Below are positions 27,097 to 40,093 of a stretch of DNA of 64,000 nucleotides, in pieces (within the stretch, counting starts at the first letter, position 1; the number at the start of each line of letters is the position of its first letter). The translations under genes and the position numbers were made by a program. Under the pieces are notes generated by a model, which did not search any database, was not told the DNA's origin, and saw nothing but the letters and a program-made list of their open reading frames with translations. Source of the DNA: Octopus sinensis (lineage: Eukaryota). Location: the NCBI RefSeq assembly GCF_006345805.1, contig NC_042998.1, positions 34,782,001-34,846,000 of the forward strand, written 5' to 3'.

Positions 27097-27664
27097 GAGT
27101 TAGAGAGTAGTACATGCCATCAAAATGACTTTGGGGTAAAATATACGAAGCCCAGTATACCCATCATGACTACCCGTCTGATAAGGGTACACTAGGCACA
27201 TGCATCGCAACCATATGTGCGTGACATGGTGATCTCTTACCAAGATAAATAGCACATGACATTGCAGGTGGGGCCCAGTTAGAATTTTCTTCCGGACGAG
27301 TAACCCATCCTGCTCAGGTCACTGAATAAGGGTTGTTTAAAGCTGTTGAACGAAACACCCATGTTTCCAGAGGTGAATTATTCAAACTCCAAAGAATCCC
27401 TCTCAACACATGGCTATGATGCGCGCCCACTTCTTCTCCTCGTGACCAGAGATGCACATATTGTCAGCCACCAGGGGACATGCTCAAATGGCTAAGATCA
27501 AACAACTGAAAAGCAAATCTGTGGTATTGAGCAGAATGATATTTGCTGTTATTTGATATTTGCCTATCTTTTATACCAAGACAAAACAATGAAGATGATA
27601 ACACTTCTAATCAGTTAAGATCAGAAGCCACGAGAGCCACTGCCTGGTACTGCATCAGGGCATT
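27097..27664 (-). mobile_element. Full-length, more diverged copy of the (TAA)n-associated element
   Basis: Reverse complement of 19852-20408, flanked by (ATT)n on both sides. Confidence 0.88.
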
Positions 27665-27697
27665 TATTATTATTATTATTATATTATTATTATTATT

Positions 27698-27948
27698 ATG
27701 TTTGACTTTTGCTTTGCATTTTCACAAGTTGGCTCCCAGTCTCACCCAGAGATATTAAGAGACAAGTTAGAAGTTCATGTTGGCGTTATGCCTAAGGTGC
27801 CATATATTTGGTTTTGTACACAGTATTGTTCTAGAGAATGTTTAAGAAACCATAAGAAAATTATGAGTTTGTTTTAAAACTTGAGATTGCATAGTATTTT
27901 ACGTAGGATATGGGCAGTTCCCATGAGCACTATCCTTTGCATTTCTGC

Positions 27949-27950
<2 letters not shown>
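27698..27950 (-). mobile_element. Dong-like LINE 3' end inserted in (TAA)n
   Basis: MAEMQRIVLMGTAHILRKIL C-terminal motif plus 3' UTR. Shorter copies at about 28014-28098 (-) and 19715-19765 (+). Confidence 0.8.
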
Positions 27951-27998
<48 letters not shown>

Positions 27999-28098
27999 TA
28001 TTATTATTATTCTATGTTTGACTTTTGTTTTATATTTGTACAAGTTAGTTCCAAGTTTCACCCAGAGACCTCAAGAGACAACAGGTTGGAAGTTCGTG

Positions 28099-28144
<46 letters not shown>

Positions 28145-28149
<5 letters not shown>

Positions 28150-28305
28150 TAGTTTTATTTTTATAACCTGCTTTCACTTCACTACCGAGCGCCTCTCTGT
28201 GCGCCTTGAGTATATGCTGTGGTTTGCTCTGACGCTCTGATGGTTACTGTATTGAAAGTGTTTGGCGTAGGATGTGTGCAGTGTCCAGTGGTGCTCAGTA
28301 ATGCT
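28145..28305 (-). mobile_element. Second Dong-like LINE 3' end abutting (TAA)n
   Basis: Reads APLDTAHILRQTLSIQ* then a 3' UTR ending AAAATAAAACTACTG(AAT)n. Confidence 0.75.
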
Positions 28306-28834
28306 AAATTCATTCCACCCCTTCGGATTCACACTGAAATGCGCGTAAAATATTTATTCATTGATTAAAGACGAGTTGTCAAATCACAAACATACAACTA
28401 CGGAAATAGCTTAATTTATGACTGATCGATTGAAGCTGAATATTCAACGTTGTTTAATGGAAAACGAAGTCGGGTGTCTTTTCTGAGGTACACTCAACAA
28501 ACTGTGAAATGGTCAGTAAGGAAATTTCCTCGTTTCGCTTCTGCACGTCGAAAGCATAAAAGAACTGTGTTCACAGCATTATAATGTTCCCTTACACGCA
28601 CAAACATATACATATATGTACATACATACATACATACATACATACATACATACATACATGCATGCATGCATACATACATACATATACACATACATACATT
28701 TATACACATACACAAACACACACACATATACATATATATACATAAATATACACACATACTTGCATACATACATTTACACACACACACACAACACACACAC
28801 ACATATATACATATATACATACACACACACACAG

Positions 28835-28874
<40 letters not shown>

Positions 28875-29043
28875 GTATATATACATACATTTACACACAC
28901 ATATGTATATATCATATTGAGACCAATAGAATAATTATCAGGCTTTACATAGAAAGTTCTGATGTCGATTTCTTCGATTAATGCCCTTTAAAACGGTGCT
29001 ACAGCAAGGCCGTTGTCAAATGACTGAAACAAGTTAAAGATAT

Positions 29044-29080
<37 letters not shown>

Positions 29081-29132
29081 CATATTACAAATATACACAC
29101 ACACGTGTATATACAGAAACAGACATATTTAT

Positions 29133-29175
29133 GGATAGATCGATAGATAGACAGATAGATAGATAGCTTGATAGG

Positions 29176-29210
<35 letters not shown>

Positions 29211-29211
29211 G

Positions 29212-29254
<43 letters not shown>

Positions 29255-29281
29255 GTAGATAAGTTAGATAGATAGGTAGAT
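29133..29281. repeat. (GATA)n microsatellite
   Basis: Directly visible. Many (CA)n, (TA)n and (TACA)n arrays occur throughout the window. Confidence 0.97.
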
Positions 29282-29395
29282 TGTGAGAACCTGTTCCTGT
29301 CTGTATCTGAGCGACTGCCTGGTTATATCTATTTTAATGTCTTCAATATATTGAAAGATACAGATAAGGAAATAATTTCATTCTCAAACGCAGGA

Positions 29396-29750
29396 TAATG
29401 CTAATAATATAGCATGAACAGGATAAACTATCCATATTTTCAGGAAAATCCGTCGACGGCCGGCCATGAGACTCGAACTCGCATTCCTTTCAATACATCT
29501 CAACGCTTCTATTGCAAACTTTATTGACTTTCAACGTAAGTTGAATTTTACGTAAGATAGCGTCTTATAAGGCTAGTTTTACATATCCTAAATTTGCAGA
29601 AGAATTTGTTGTTGGGTCAGTTTAGCTTAAAGATAAAGCACTTGACGCGTAATGACAGGGATGTGAGTTCGAGTCATAAGTCTGGCCGCCGACAGAATTT
29701 TTTACAAAGTATGGATAGTTTATCCTGTTCGTGCCATATTATTAGCATTA
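29396..29750. mobile_element. Foldback (MITE-like) element with two outward-facing tRNA-like units
   Basis: Arms TAATGCTAATAATATAGCATGAACAGGATAAACTATCCATA and TATGGATAGTTTATCCTGTTCGTGCCATATTATTAGCATTA; each arm extends inward into a tRNA-like sequence with GTTCGAGTC. Confidence 0.75.
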
Positions 29751-30258
29751 AAAACATGTTTTAAAAACAAATTCCGATGTTATCGGAATTTACACCATCC
29801 GAAGTTAATTTGTAGAAAAGTTCATTGAAAAATATTAATTTTTCTGGAAGATATGAGGAAACAAATTCAGTGAAGGCTCACTCGTGTAGGTACGCCATCA
29901 GATACTAATACCGTCACAAAACCTTATCTGAAGACAAGGTAAGCAAAGAGAACGCGCTGTCCTTCACATATAATACGCTAAACATAAACACACATACAAA
30001 GCATACATGCAATGCTTCCATACAGAGAAAGTCACTCATTGGAAAGACGCACACGCACATATTCACGCTTCCCTCTACACACTCGCAGAACACACTTGTA
30101 CACATTTAACGAACGCGTGTATTTAGCGAATGGAAGTTTTATATTATTCAGACAAGCATCAAATATAATAATATTCGTCAGTAAAATAAGTAAATTCCTC
30201 TCTCATTCCATATAGTTATCAATGTAATTTTGTTTTGCGTATAATTTTCGCGCTTCCA

Positions 30259-30295
<37 letters not shown>

Positions 30296-30452
30296 GTCTC
30301 TCTCCTTCTTCCTCTCTCTCTCTCTGTCTCTGTCTCTCATTCTCTCTCTCTCCTTTTCTCTCTTATTTGCTCTCCTTCTACTTTTCTTTTACTCTCTGTA
30401 CTTATGAGTGTGAGTGCGTTTGCGCGCATGTGTGTACGTCTGTGCATGTGTG

Positions 30453-30509
<57 letters not shown>

Positions 30510-30648
30510 GTGTATAGCTGACCGCGTTTGTGTACCTTTATGTGGTTTTGCATGTACAGGTGGGCATGCTTACGTGTGTATGTGTGTGTGTGTGTGTTTA
30601 CGTGTGTACTCATATAATATTTATATGCCCGTAATGCTTTGAGTATAT

Positions 30649-30685
<37 letters not shown>

Positions 30686-31145
30686 ATGGGTCATCCCGTA
30701 AATAATGCAGTTTTTTTCAATTGCATGAACTTAAGTCAGTGCTAGAAGAAAAACGACCACCAGGTTCTTCCTCCAGGATAATGCTCGGCCACATATAGCG
30801 AGGATGACTTCCAAAGGCTGGAGCAGTTTGAATAGGAAACGATGTCCCACCCACCAACATTCGCTGGACATTGTCCCATCTGAATATCAATTATTCTGCA
30901 GTCTTCAAAATCACTTGGACGGAAAAAATATGAATTCTGTAGACGAGGTCAGATCAGTATTGGAGGAGTATTTTTCGTCACAGACAAGTGAATATTGGAA
31001 GAGGGGTCCTTTCAAGTCTACCAGATAGATGGAAAAGCATTGTAGAAAATGAAGGAGAGTATATTGTAGATTAAAAAAGAACTTTGATTATCTTAATTTT
31101 GAAAAATAAAAGAAGTATAAAAAACCGTATTATTTATGGGATGAC

Positions 31146-31149
<4 letters not shown>
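30686..31149 (+). mobile_element. Internally deleted mariner element with both TIRs
   Basis: TIRs TGGGTCATCCCGTAAATAATGC and GTATTATTTATGGGATGACCCAA with TA flanks; remnant peptides FLQDNARPH and LFCSLQNHLDGK. Confidence 0.9.
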
Positions 31150-31185
<36 letters not shown>

Positions 31186-31339
31186 TATACATATATATAT
31201 ATGTATGTGCTGAAAAGTTGTTGACATCAAGGGCATTGCGGAAAGGTAGAGCTGTTACCTTTATAGGGGAGGTAGGGCAGCTATTAAGGAGAAGGTATGC
31301 AAAAAAATACAATATATCTTTCTCTTTTTTGCAGAGTTA

Positions 31340-31750
31340 ACGCATGATGACTGCTCCTACAGTGGATTTTGGTAAAATTGAAGCACGGGCGGTCATGATG
31401 TCCCTCTTTTTGCAAGGCGAAGAGGGGCAGAAATCCATGACGAGATGAAAGAAATCTTGAAGGATAGCTGCCCATCTTACTTCAGGGTATAAATCAGGGT
31501 GTCAAGGTTTCGGACTGGTCGTTTCGAGGTCAAAGTTGAACCCCGTTCAGGACGGCCAACTTCCATAACTGCAGAGAACAAAGTGGTCGCTGTGCATATT
31601 CTGATTTTAAAGAATCACCAGGGTCTCAGCTAAAGTCATTGCTGAGACTCTGGCGAAACCCCCCGAAAGAGTTGCCCACGTCATCCACAACGTTCTGGAC
31701 ACGAGAAAGCTCTCCGCAAAATAGTTGCCGAAATTCTTGAACGTTGTGTA
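31340..31750 (+). pseudogene. Mariner transposase N-terminal (HTH) fragment
   Basis: Reads KIEARAVMMSLFLQG...EIHDEMKEILKDSCPSY...RFRTGRF...EPRSGRPTS with frameshifts and stops. Confidence 0.8.
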
Positions 31751-31927
31751 TTCAGTCAGTTATTTGTGAATATATGCATAACTGGAAGGGTAAAAATGTA
31801 TTTACTTTAGTAAGAACGCATTTGTCACTACACATGATTGGCATACCGGTGCGCCATCCCCAACTCTACTTTGGTGATTTTACTATTCAAATATCTGATT
31901 CTTTCGAATCCTGAAAATGTTTATATA

Positions 31928-32274
31928 TAGGGTGGGGCAGAGAGGACGAACGTTTTTGAAAAAAAGTCACGAAATCATTATTGTGTTTGTATTGAATTAG
32001 CATTTTACAAAATCACGAGTGCAAAACAGCGTCCACCATGTAGTGTCCGTTTCATTGATGCATTTCTGAAGGCGTTCTTGGAAGTTGGCCTCCACTCTCT
32101 CCAGCATTCCTCCATCGATATGGGCGACCGCCACGCGAATAACTTCCAATGTACGGGACTTAGGCGCATACATACGTGCCTTGAGGTTTCCCCACAAGAA
32201 ATAATCACAAATGGATAAATCAGGGGACTGAGAGGGCCAAGGAATAATACCAAACCTGGAAATGAGACGGTCAC

Positions 32275-32352
<78 letters not shown>

Positions 32353-32900
32353 AACGTTCATTGATGCTCTGCCTGTGTGGGACGTCACCCCATCCTGCTG
32401 AAATCACACTCGTCGAATAGGCATACGTTTTTATTCTAATTCATGCACAAAGAAGTTATTTATCATCTCGGTGTAACACTCGGAGTTCACAGTAACAGCA
32501 TTTCCTTTATTGTCTTCAAAAAAGTAAGGACCAATGACGGCAGCTTTTCCAACAGCACACCAGACAGTCACTTTTGGGTTGTGCAATGGTCTTTCGTGCA
32601 GTTCTCTCGGATTTTCAAGAGCCCAATAACAACACTGAGATGAAAATGAGCGTCATCATTCATGAACAAAATGCGGTTGTCGTTTGCCTCAAAAATTGCT
32701 TCCATCTGACATGCAAAGTTAAACCGCTGTGCATAGTCCCATGGTTTCAACTTTTGCCCAATGATCAAATTGTACGGATGGAAATGTAGGTCTTCATGCA
32801 AAATACGCCTTATCGATCGATTACCGATGCCAAGTTCAGTGGAATATCTTCGAGCAGAGCGATTCGGACTCATCGGACAGTTTTGTTTCTAAAGAAAACA
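31928..32900 (-). mobile_element. Tc1/mariner-superfamily transposase relic (rosa/DD41D-like), interrupted by (GA)n
   Basis: SPNRSARRYSTELGIGNRSIRRILHEDLHFHPY, FQQDGVTSHT and GDRLISRFG..WPSQSPDLSICDYFLWGNLK; terminus TAGGGTGGGGCAG; (GA)n at about 32277-32347. The subfamily call is from motif resemblance only. Confidence 0.82.
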
Positions 32901-33069
32901 GTCCGACGAACGGGAACGTGAAACTCTGAGTAACAATTTTTGTTGGTTTTTAATAAAGTATATTTGTATATCTATATAATTTCAGTACATGTGTTTGTGC
33001 ACATAAATTTACAACAGAATATATTTTAATAAGCTATCTTTTATCTCTCATCATTATTCCCTATATATA

Positions 33070-33164
<95 letters not shown>

Positions 33165-34419
33165 TGTACGAATATGTGTGCGTGCATCTGGGAGATGCTT
33201 GTATGCGATTATCAAAGAAATTTACTCCATGTATTCTAATGTGATTATTTGACAAAATATGATTAAAATACATTTCATTTCTTCTGCAATAAAACGAGTT
33301 TGATAAATATAATGCCACTGAGAAAAAAATGCATAAAATTCTCGGCAAAAAAATTATATTTCTTACATAGAATTCTGTCATGCATTAAAATTACCGAAGT
33401 TCGTGTTTGAATTATTTATCTATCTTTGAGAATGTATTAATGTTAATACACTTTCTCACGATTCAAACAGGAAATATAAATAAACAGAAACGAATACCTA
33501 TTAAAATAAGTCCAATATTTGTTTCGAGCAAATATAGAAAGTATTTAACGAGAATTAAGATGCAAATAAGTGATAGCATTCTCAGTAATTCATGAAATAT
33601 ATTTTTTAATTATATTTTCAAAATGTAAAAGAACAATACATCAAGATAATGCTATAGTTAATTGACCAAAACCAAAACTTAAAATTGAAATTTTTTTTCT
33701 CGAAACATTGATTTTTAAAAGTATCCTGTAAAAAGGAAGACGTCTTCAACTGAACAATGCTTTGACCAAACAAATACATTTTAGAAATAAGCGTAGCATT
33801 TCTTTATAGGATTTTAGAAAAGCAAAACTATTTTACTAGCTTACAGTGATAATATCTCATCGAAAACATTTAATGTAAATTAGACTCTTACCTATATTTT
33901 CCTCCATATTCGTTCAACTGGTGTTCTATACTAAAGTGTGACGGCGCGTGGCTTAGTAGTTAGGGTATTCGACTCACGATCGTAAGTCGTGAGTTCAATT
34001 CCTGGTAGTACGCTGTCGTTGTGCAGGATACTTTATTCCACATTGCCTCAGTCCATTCAGCTGGCTAAAATGGGTAGTAACGGTAATTCAAAGGGCCACC
34101 CTTGTCACAGTCTGTGTCACGCAGAATTACGTTAAGAGTATGTGCATTCGTGGAACACTCAACCACTTGCACATTTGTTTCAGCAGTAGGCGGATCGGAT
34201 CAACTGAAATCTTCGTCGTCGAAACCGACGGAGTACCAGTTGCCAGTTTATACTAAAGTCTTCGTGGCTCTCACTTTTGCTGCCCATGCGCACCTAAGTC
34301 GGTGGTTTGGACTGAGTACGAACGTTTGTTTTAAAGTAGCTTTTAAATGTACTTATTTCCTCTGAATTGTCTGCGATCATCGAAACAGAAATCGACGCTC
34401 TTAGTGCAAACACTACCAA

Positions 34420-34483
<64 letters not shown>

Positions 34484-34549
34484 TATTATTATTATTATTA
34501 TTATTATTGTTATTATTATTATTATTGTTATTATTATTATTACTACTAC

Positions 34550-34607
<58 letters not shown>

Positions 34608-34923
34608 TAAGCACGAGACCTGAACGTGTGGTAGAGGGGAATAGTAGACAATATCGAACCCAATTCTTGACCGTGAGACTTGGGGGGAAAACAAGTAAAA
34701 CGTTAAATGAGATGATGCAGAAACAACGCGTAAAGAACAAATATTGAGGGTGAATCCCTTACTTAGTTTTCCCACCCAGAGTTAAAGGTTTCATTGCATG
34801 GAAAATACAGGATCATGCACCTGGAGAGTGCCAGGGATTATATGTATTACAAGTGAAAATGGCAGTTCTAACACGTAGCTTTAAAACGCGGTGGACAATT
34901 ACATTTCAGGAAATGAAATATAA

Positions 34924-34969
<46 letters not shown>

Positions 34970-35015
34970 CTATTTATAGTGAAATATATGTGTGTGTGTA
35001 TTTATAGTGAAATAT

Positions 35016-35076
<61 letters not shown>

Positions 35077-36915
35077 ATCTATTTATAGTGAAATATATAT
35101 ATATGTGCGTGTGTGTGTGTGTGTGTATTTATAGTGAAATATGTGTGTGTGTGTGTGCGTGTGTGTGTGTGTGTTTGTGTGTATATATGTTTGTGGGTCA
35201 GTGTTTGTCCCTCACCATCATTTCGACAATGCTGGTATGTTTATGTCCCCGTAACTTAGCGGTTCGGCAAAAGACGGATAGAATAATAAGTACCAGTCTT
35301 ACAAAGAATAAGTCCTGGGGTCTATTTCTTTTTACTAAAGGCGGTGCTCCAGCATGGCCGCAGTCAGATCACCGAAACAAGCAAAAGAAATAAAAGAAAA
35401 TAGTTAGAGGCTGGCTGTTTGGCTAATTATTATTTACTGTTTTATTCAGTGTTATAAGTTCTGTTCCGAGTTTTTTGAAATGTTGTCACTTTGTCAGATG
35501 TTTGTATACGAAATAGCTGTCTAGTTTGACAGAATAAAATTATTTTCATAATGTTTATCATATTATAGTAACATATACGACTAATGAGGCATCACTTGCT
35601 TATTTTCTTGTCATAAGATACATTTAGAACAATTCAGAATGGAGTTATGACTTCATCTTACGCTGTTGATAGAAAATAAAGACATGTACATTTACGAAGT
35701 AGCCATCAAGTTTGGATTGCTGTAGGCGGTGGGCTGACAGAATCGTTAGCACGTCGGGCAAAATGCTTAGCGGCATTTCGTCCGTCTTTAGGTTCTGAGT
35801 TCAAATACCCGCGAGGTCGATTTTACTTTTTATCCTTTCGGGAACGATAAAATAAGAATCAGTCGAGCATTGGGTCCGGTGTAATCGATTTAACCAGCCC
35901 CCAAATTGCTGGCCTTGTGCCAAAAATTGAAACGAATTTTAGAACGCTGTTACTGCTGTTGCTGCTATATTGCTACTATCGGATGACACCTATTCATATT
36001 TTGACGTATTTTATCGTTTGAGTATCAGTTTTGGACACATTACAATGATTGTAACATGATAACAAAGACGAACACTCATCACGGTCACACACGCTAACGG
36101 CGTGGTCAGTTGTGGCATTCTGATTTGTGTTTACAATATGAAATTCGACGTTTTCACGTGATTTTCGTTAGTTTCTTTCGAAAGAAAAAAAAATCACAAA
36201 CCGTAGAATCAGAGTAAACTAATGATGATCTGTGTTGGCAAATATATCAAATTATGGAATAAAATAGAAATTTTATGCCGTGTGGAAGAAGATAAATCCA
36301 TCGTTTCTAGCAGAGACTTTCGACGGAATATGAAACAGAATGTTGTTAACTAGTGTTGTAGGATAAAGAAATGCCAAAGAACCGATCGAAAGTAATGAGA
36401 GACAAGGTAAAAGCGCTGACAGTCTCTTCTTCAAAAACCAGGAGACATTTAATCTCTATACAATGAAGGGTTCTGCCTGAAACATTAGACTCCAATTATT
36501 CCACACGGCATTACTTTATTTCGATGTTTGCGTTTTCTGTCGTATGTCCGTTACTCCTGACAGACAGTTTCCTTATAACTCCTCCTGATTCCGTAACACA
36601 ACAAGAGTTCTTGCTTAATGTCTGTAATCGACATTTCCATAAGACATCCAAAACAGAGCTTACGTATATATATATATCTGAGACTTCTTTTACCCGTTTC
36701 TTTTATTAAGTAATTTAACGTACGGTTATCTTGCAACTAAACATTTTCAAGTGGATATTTGCAAGCGTGTGCATTTATGCGTGCCAATTTCTATATTTGC
36801 CATTCTGTGCGTGTGAAACGAACAGGGACAAGGAGACGGAAAACTTCCCAGTTTACGCAATGAGATAATGATTTCCTATAAGGATTTACAATGACCATTC
36901 CATGTGTGTGAATGA

Positions 36916-36951
<36 letters not shown>

Positions 36952-37021
36952 GTGTGTGTGTGCGAGCGCATGTATGTGCTCATATACGTGCAAATATTTA
37001 GATATAAGCACACAGGTAGTA

Positions 37022-37073
<52 letters not shown>

Positions 37074-37935
37074 TATGTAGGTATATGTATATGCAGGTAT
37101 GTATGTATGTGCACATACACACATACAGAAATACATACATTCATGTATATATATGCATGCATGTAAATATATATATATATAAATGTGTGTGTATTCGTGA
37201 GTGTGCAAATGTACGTACATCCTTGCACACACATGCGTACACGCAGACGCACACATTTGCACACATACACACACACACTCACATATAAACATATAGTGTT
37301 TCATATACATATGTACGTAAACATTTTGATCTATTGAGAGAGGAACATGAGCGCGCGCGCGTGTGTGTGTGTGTGTGCGTGTGTGTGTGTGAGTGTGCTT
37401 GAGGACTGGTTTTTCTCTTTTGCTCTTTTTATTATGTGTATATACCATTTTATATATTATGTGTCTGCTGTGTCTGAGAATGTGAAATGAAGCTGATGAC
37501 CAGCTTACTATGAAGACAAATGCTATCGAATATTTTGTCCATTCTTATTATATTTCTATGCATATGGGGATTTGTTACAAAATTAAAATAACGTTTAGAA
37601 TAAGCAGGGCTAATTTTTGACTTTTCGACACATGCTTTTTTTGGTGAATTGATTTTCTTTTCCGAGAAGTCTTATTTTCAGTCAAACTGTGTGGAGAAAT
37701 CAATAGCCAAAGACAAGCTTCTAATTATTATTTGAGCCCTGGGAAAAGGGGAAAAAAGATTCATTGATGTCAGTTATTTTGGTAGTAACGCTATTTTGGT
37801 ATAATTCCCCTTTATTGTAAATTGTCGAGATAACGATGGTTGGAGTGCAAAATGAACGATTCACTAAAACACTAGTTTACAGGTGAAAAGTATTTTCAAA
37901 TCTCTTTTCTCAGAAAGAATATGATGTACAGAGCG

Positions 37936-37984
<49 letters not shown>

Positions 37985-38101
37985 AAACACACACACACAC
38001 GTATATACATGTGCGTGTATTACAGTTCTATATTTAAGAGATGAGGAATTATGTACATTATTTACATTTGACGGATATTTGTCCTCATCTTGTTTGTTGT
38101 T

Positions 38102-38147
38102 AACACAACGTTTCGGCTGGTATACCCTCCAGCCTTCATCAGGTGTC
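38102..38147 (-). ncRNA. Minimal type-I hammerhead ribozyme motif (inverted partner)
   Basis: GACAC-CTGATGA-A-GGCTGG-AGGGTATA-CCAGCC-GAAAC-GTT-GTGTT. Confidence 0.82.
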
Positions 38148-38214
38148 GTGGGGGAAATTTTGAACCTGGGTTCTCATTCCTAAGGTATTTTTCGATGATG
38201 ATGAGGATATTTAC

Positions 38215-38258
<44 letters not shown>

Positions 38259-38332
38259 TCAGTGCTTGGAATCGAATAATAACATCGAAAAATACCTTAG
38301 GAATGAGAACCCAGGTTCAAAATTTCCCCCAC

Positions 38333-38378
38333 GACACCTGATGAAGGCTGGAGGATACATCAGCCGAAACGTTGTGTT
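38333..38378 (+). ncRNA. Minimal type-I hammerhead ribozyme motif
   Basis: GACAC-CTGATGA-A-GGCTG-loop-CAGCC-GAAAC-GTT-GTGTT. Stem I GACAC/GTGTT, intact core, stem II, palindromic AACGTT stem III, GUU triplet. Activity untested. Confidence 0.8.
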
Positions 38379-38438
38379 AACGTCAAACAAGATGAGGACA
38401 AATATTCGTCAAATGTAAATAATGTAAATAATGTGTGT

Positions 38439-38482
<44 letters not shown>

Positions 38483-38511
38483 TGTGTGTGTATTCTATGT
38501 ACGTGAAATAT

Positions 38512-38735
38512 ACAAGGGGGTACTGAAAGGTTTCTACTTTTTATGGTATCACGAAAGGACTGGTTGGAGGCCTAGCCTTCCGGTTTCTTTCACAGGGCTT
38601 AGAAAAACTAAAGGACCGCTGCAATAAGTGTGTGAATCTGTGTTGGGAATATGTTGAACAAAATCATAATGAACTGATCCGCCTGTATCTTCTTTTATTC
38701 AAAGCTAAAAAAAAAACAATTTCCAAAAAATCCCG
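38512..38735 (+). mobile_element. Short mariner-derived MITE-like relic
   Basis: Starts TACAAGGGGGTACTGAAAGGTTTC and contains AATAAGTGTGTGAATCTG..GGGAATATGTTGAA, typical of a mariner 3' end (KCV...GEYVE). Confidence 0.55.
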
Positions 38736-39671
38736 ACCCCACGATACCATCTTAAAAAGGAAAGGGTAAGACAGATTGGACAATGTAGTCCTAGATACAC
38801 CATGCCTGAAAAAGAAAGCATGGTCAAGGCTTTGATCATACGTTTGGTGGATCAGAACTGTCCTGGGGATAAACAACAACACCACGTTACCTTTTAAACA
38901 CCTGGATTTCCAGTAAATGACAGAATGATATTATATATTCAGTTTTTAGTGTGTGCGTGCGTGTAAGTAGAGGTAAGATATTCTTAACAGTGTTCAATAA
39001 ATACCAAAGGGGCTACCTTTCTTGATTCCGAGCAGACCTACAATGGAGTGGCACTATTGATTAGCAACGGCCTGTTATAATAAACGAATGCTTTGTTAAT
39101 TTTCGGCTTGTTTGATATTCATTAAAATTTTATCCTGTGAGTAAAAAGTTGTGAAATAGTGACGTCCTGTTATGGAGGGGATCCAAAGAAGCGTTAGGTC
39201 AAATTCAAACACTGAAAAGTAGCATTGGCCATGCCAAACCGGTACTTTTATTTAATGGTGGTAGAGAAACAAGAAACCGAATAATATTTCAAATCTCCTG
39301 ATTTGCATGATGTAACTACAATAAAGTTCATTGAAAGTGTTGCAGGATTTCTGTAAAAAGATTTAAGAAATATCCAAAATATTTGGAAATATAAACGAAA
39401 CACGCAAAATATATAAAATCCAACAATTGTATGAAAGAACTTATATGTAACGTAAACTTCCCAGAAAAGCGATATCTTTTTTGTTTTGCTTCAGGTGAGA
39501 TCAATCAAATCGCTTATCGAAGATATGTAAAGTATTCCCCAGAACTGAACTTATGAGATTTGAAATAATTCTAAAAATTATATTCTAGATAACCACGCAT
39601 AATACAGCTTCAGATAATATTCTTTTCACAATACTGAAATATAGAAATCGAATACTTAGTGTTAGACGTAC

Positions 39672-40093
39672 CTTCCTTTTCATCCTAGCTTGAAGAATTA
39701 CTTCTCTTTCAATAGTTTCACCTGGCATGGCAGTTGAATTAAGCTTCCATAGAATTATAGTGTAGGTGAAGGTCATCACAAGCATCGGAAAGACATAGAG
39801 AACGATGGCAACAAATGTGTAGTAGATACGACGGGAAGTGGGGTCTGCAGTATTGCTATGGATTGGCCAACCATCATCACACCATCTCTCCACGTGATCT
39901 AACCAGACGCGCACGTGCAGGTTTCGAGATATAAGTATCGGACATCCGACTGCTATTGCGCATGACCAGACGCAAAACAGAGAGCCTTTCGCTTTTCTCT
40001 CCATCATGTGTGCTTTGAGAGCGAACACGATGCCATAGAATCGGTCAAAAGCAATGAGAGACAACGTAAAAACGCTGGCAACCAAGGACACCA
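39672..40093 (-). CDS. Class A neuropeptide-type GPCR, internal coding exon (TM3-TM5 and ICL3)
   Basis: Translates xVSLVASVFTLSLIAFDRFYGIVFALKAH...VWSCAIAVGCP...WCDDGWP...IYYTFVAIVLYVFPMLVMTFTYTIILWKL...QARMKRK. Has DRF (DRY equivalent), W4.50, the ECL2 Cys and P5.50. Acceptor TTTTTCTGTTTCAG at 40094; donor AAG|GTACGT at 39671. 422 nt, phase 1 to phase 0. Confidence 0.96.

Noticed and set aside
29615-29688. Functional tRNA-Thr gene
   Set aside because: D-arm, anticodon and T stems are mismatched and the sequence is one arm of a foldback repeat. SINE heads were likewise not called as tRNA genes.
34920-35180. CRISPR-like periodic repeat TATTTATAGTGAAATAT
   Set aside because: Spacers are TA/TG microsatellites, the context is eukaryotic and there are no cas genes; it is a minisatellite.
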